Under the pieces are notes generated by a model that worked only from the letters and a program-made list of their open reading frames with translations, had not been told where the DNA came from and made no database searches. From Bythopirellula sp. (GTDB taxonomy: Bacteria; Planctomycetota; Planctomycetia; Pirellulales; Lacipirellulaceae): DNA of 64,000 nt. Position 1 is the first letter of the stretch. Every line of letters starts with the position of its first letter. The stretch covers positions 2,944,001 to 3,008,000 of the forward strand of contig OZ244170.1 in the NCBI GenBank assembly GCA_965216565.1, given 5' to 3'. Both the position numbers and the translations under genes were made by a program. This document shows positions 61,915 to 64,000 of this stretch, in pieces.

Positions 61915-63672
61915 ATGAAATCATCCAGCACTTTAGAGACTGGTCAGACTTCCGCAGAGCGATCCATTCACGCTTTGCCGGGATCGCGCTTAGCCGCGGC
62001 CGTCTGCTTCCTAGTTCTCTGCACATTAGCGTTTGCTTCCGAACGTTCCGGCGCTGCTGAGAATGTGCCTATTTGGATGAAGCCCCTGGCTTGGTCCAAT
62101 CCCGAATCTAAGAAACCTGCCGCTCCAGAGTTGCAGGAGCGTTCGCCCTGGCTCAAGCCGATGCAACTTCGCTCAGACGCTTATGTTGAGTATCGCGAAG
62201 ATGAATACCGCACCAACGAGCCAAAGTTCGAGACAGCAAAGAAACCGTTCCACTGGAGCAATCCGGCCGATTCCGTAGCCAGCGCTCCCCAGCGTAAGTT
62301 GACGGACGCTGAACAAGTCGAGTTCGAAAAGCAAAACTATGTCTGGATTCGACCCTTTTATTGGAACAATAAGGAAGAGTACCAGCAAGTTTTGCCTTGG
62401 GATTCCCTCGAAGGCACTGAAATAGGTACGCGGTACGCCGGGCAGAAACCATCTGGGTGGCTGGCTCCGTTCAATTGGACTAACAGCCCGCCTCGGATGG
62501 CTAAGCGATCGAGTTCCGCAACGGCCAACACGCAAGTCGCCCAAGGCGCAGCAGTGCTTAGGCATTTGCCGCCCGTCGACGGGACGTCCTCGCGAGCAGC
62601 AAGCTCTCGGACTGTGGCATTTATGATGCAAGAGGGGGAGCAGGCCGCCGAGACTATCACCGGCGATCAAGGAACTGAGACAATCCCGCCAGGCACAGCC
62701 GAAGGGCCCCTGGAAGGCGAACTACCGTTTGAGAACTGGGCCGGTGGAGATACGGAAGAAATCGGCACGCCTGGCGAAGGTCTAACTGGCGACGAAGGTG
62801 AGGGAATCATTGCCGAAGCGGAAACGCTGGGCGAAGAGCCCGACGACAGCAACAACTTGCAATTTCTCCGCGCGGATACCGTACTGCTCGATCCGGGCGA
62901 AATGCAATTCGATTATGGATTGACCTACTCACTGTTCGACATTGAACTTCCTTCGATTAATAGTTCTACCGAACTTGAGCACGCTCGATTCCGCCAAAGA
63001 GAATTGCTCACCCCGCTAGAGATTCGTTACGGATTCACGCGTCGACTGCAATTATTCGCCAATGCCCCCTTTGGGTGGTCGAACGTCGAATTCTCTAGAA
63101 GCGATCTCGACTTATTCGAAAACGACGGCGGTTTTGGCGACCTAACCTTTGGCGGAACGTTCCTGGTTCGGCAAGGCAACCAGTGCTGTTCCGACATTGT
63201 ATGGACCAACTCGTGCACCGCGCCTACTGGGATCGATCCCTTCGGTCCCTCCCCAGCAGGTTTGCCACAGGCACCTTCGCTAGGTAACGGCACTTGGAAC
63301 CTGGCTTCGAACCTACTATTTATTCGCACCTATGATCCGCTCGTCGTTTTCTACGGCTTCGGCACACGTCAGCACTTTACTCGCGACCTGAATGGCCAGA
63401 GCTTCCGTCCGGGACAAGAGTACAACTACAACATGGGCGTTGGCTTTGCCGTCAACAGCAAGGTCACATTTAGCACGCGCTTCAATGGTGCCTACGTGAC
63501 CGAGGCGCGACTCGCCAGTCAGCGTATTCAAGGATCGATCCAAGAACCAATGGTCGTCTCATTTGCCCTAACCATTGCCCAATGCAATGGCCTCGTCGAG
63601 CCCTTTATCGACTTCGGCCTGACAGACGAATCGCTTGAATCAAGATTCGGCGTCATCTGGACGCGCTTCTAA
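61915..63672 (+). CDS. Putative outer-membrane transporter-like beta-barrel with N-terminal Trp-Pro repeats
   Basis: EIRYG...GFGDL...APTG...SLGNG pattern; C-terminal F. Confidence 0.65.
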   Translation: MKSSSTLETGQTSAERSIHALPGSRLAAAVCFLVLCTLAFASERSGAAENVPIWMKPLAWSNPESKKPAAPELQERSPWLKPMQLRSDAYVEYREDEYRTNEPKFETAKKPFHWSNPADSVASAPQRKLTDAEQVEFEKQNYVWIRPFYWNNKEEYQQVLPWDSLEGTEIGTRYAGQKPSGWLAPFNWTNSPPRMAKRSSSATANTQVAQGAAVLRHLPPVDGTSSRAASSRTVAFMMQEGEQAAETITGDQGTETIPPGTAEGPLEGELPFENWAGGDTEEIGTPGEGLTGDEGEGIIAEAETLGEEPDDSNNLQFLRADTVLLDPGEMQFDYGLTYSLFDIELPSINSSTELEHARFRQRELLTPLEIRYGFTRRLQLFANAPFGWSNVEFSRSDLDLFENDGGFGDLTFGGTFLVRQGNQCCSDIVWTNSCTAPTGIDPFGPSPAGLPQAPSLGNGTWNLASNLLFIRTYDPLVVFYGFGTRQHFTRDLNGQSFRPGQEYNYNMGVGFAVNSKVTFSTRFNGAYVTEARLASQRIQGSIQEPMVVSFALTIAQCNGLVEPFIDFGLTDESLESRFGVIWTRF

Positions 63673-63710
63673 ACTAGTAAGCCGCGCCACAGAATTGCTG
63701 GGGTAAAAAC

Positions 63711-63735
63711 AGCCGGAGGCACACCTGCCTCCGGA
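63711..63735. repeat. REP-like palindrome, family C (reverse orientation)
   Basis: AGCCGGAGGCACACCTGCCTCCGGA is the reverse complement of the 35705 copy. Confidence 0.75.
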
Positions 63736-63791
63736 GTCCCGCTGGGTAAAACGCCTTTAACAAGCAAACGACACGCGTCTACGCGGAAGCG

Positions 63792-64000
63792 TTACTTGAT
63801 CGGCAACTCGCGATTCTTGGGGATGATGCCCCGGGCGATACGCGAAGGATCGCGTGCAATCTTGTCAGTAAACACGCGCACGTCGTCCAAGATGGGTCGG
63901 ATGCGGCGGCTCATGATTTCCACCGTGGCAATCAGATGGTTCACCTGGTGAATCGTCGATCTCAGGTCGTCGTATAGTTCGCGATCCTGAGTCAGTTTAC
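63792..64000 (-). CDS. C-terminal fragment of a probable MlaD/MCE-family protein (truncated by the window edge)
   Basis: Manual translation KLTQDRELYDDL...RPILDDVRVFTDKIARDPSRIARGIIPKNRELPIK*. Confidence 0.6.
   Translation of the reverse strand, partial: KLTQDRELYDDLRSTIHQVNHLIATVEIMSRRIRPILDDVRVFTDKIARDPSRIARGIIPKNRELPIK

Overview
A gene-dense chromosomal segment of a diderm bacterium, inferred to be Planctomycetota (probably Pirellulales). The evidence is a PVC-type CxxCH heme protein, DUF1080, BBP7-like barrels, an LptF/G permease, an MlaD-like C-terminus and dense intergenic repeats. Most of the window is housekeeping: prc-like protease, proC, efpL/yeiP, ettA, guaA, surE, an OYE reductase, eno, fabZ-like, trmB, purF, ppnP, proB, lexA, a HK/NtrC pair and PP2C. 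The strongest candidate for an under-described system is a compact 4-gene type VII secretion-like operon (23703-28929, minus strand). It encodes WXG100-like proteins with W-x-D instead of W-x-G and a 1318-aa coiled-coil/2-TM EccC/EssC-like ATPase with only one intact P-loop; no other T7SS components are visible. Directly upstream lies a single-polypeptide FAAL-ACP-alpha-oxoamine synthase. Other highlights are a four-helix-bundle gene enclosed by a 21/22-nt inverted repeat, with an 'empty' copy of the same element at 9.2 kb, and heptamer tracts abutting SD-less start codons. There is also a SelA-like protein lacking the PLP lysine, a 32-aa bL37-like ribosomal protein missed by the ORF track, a histone-H1-like protein, and several REP/MITE-like families. 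All calls come from reading motifs by eye; no database searches were run. No rRNA, tRNA, CRISPR array or transposase was recognised.
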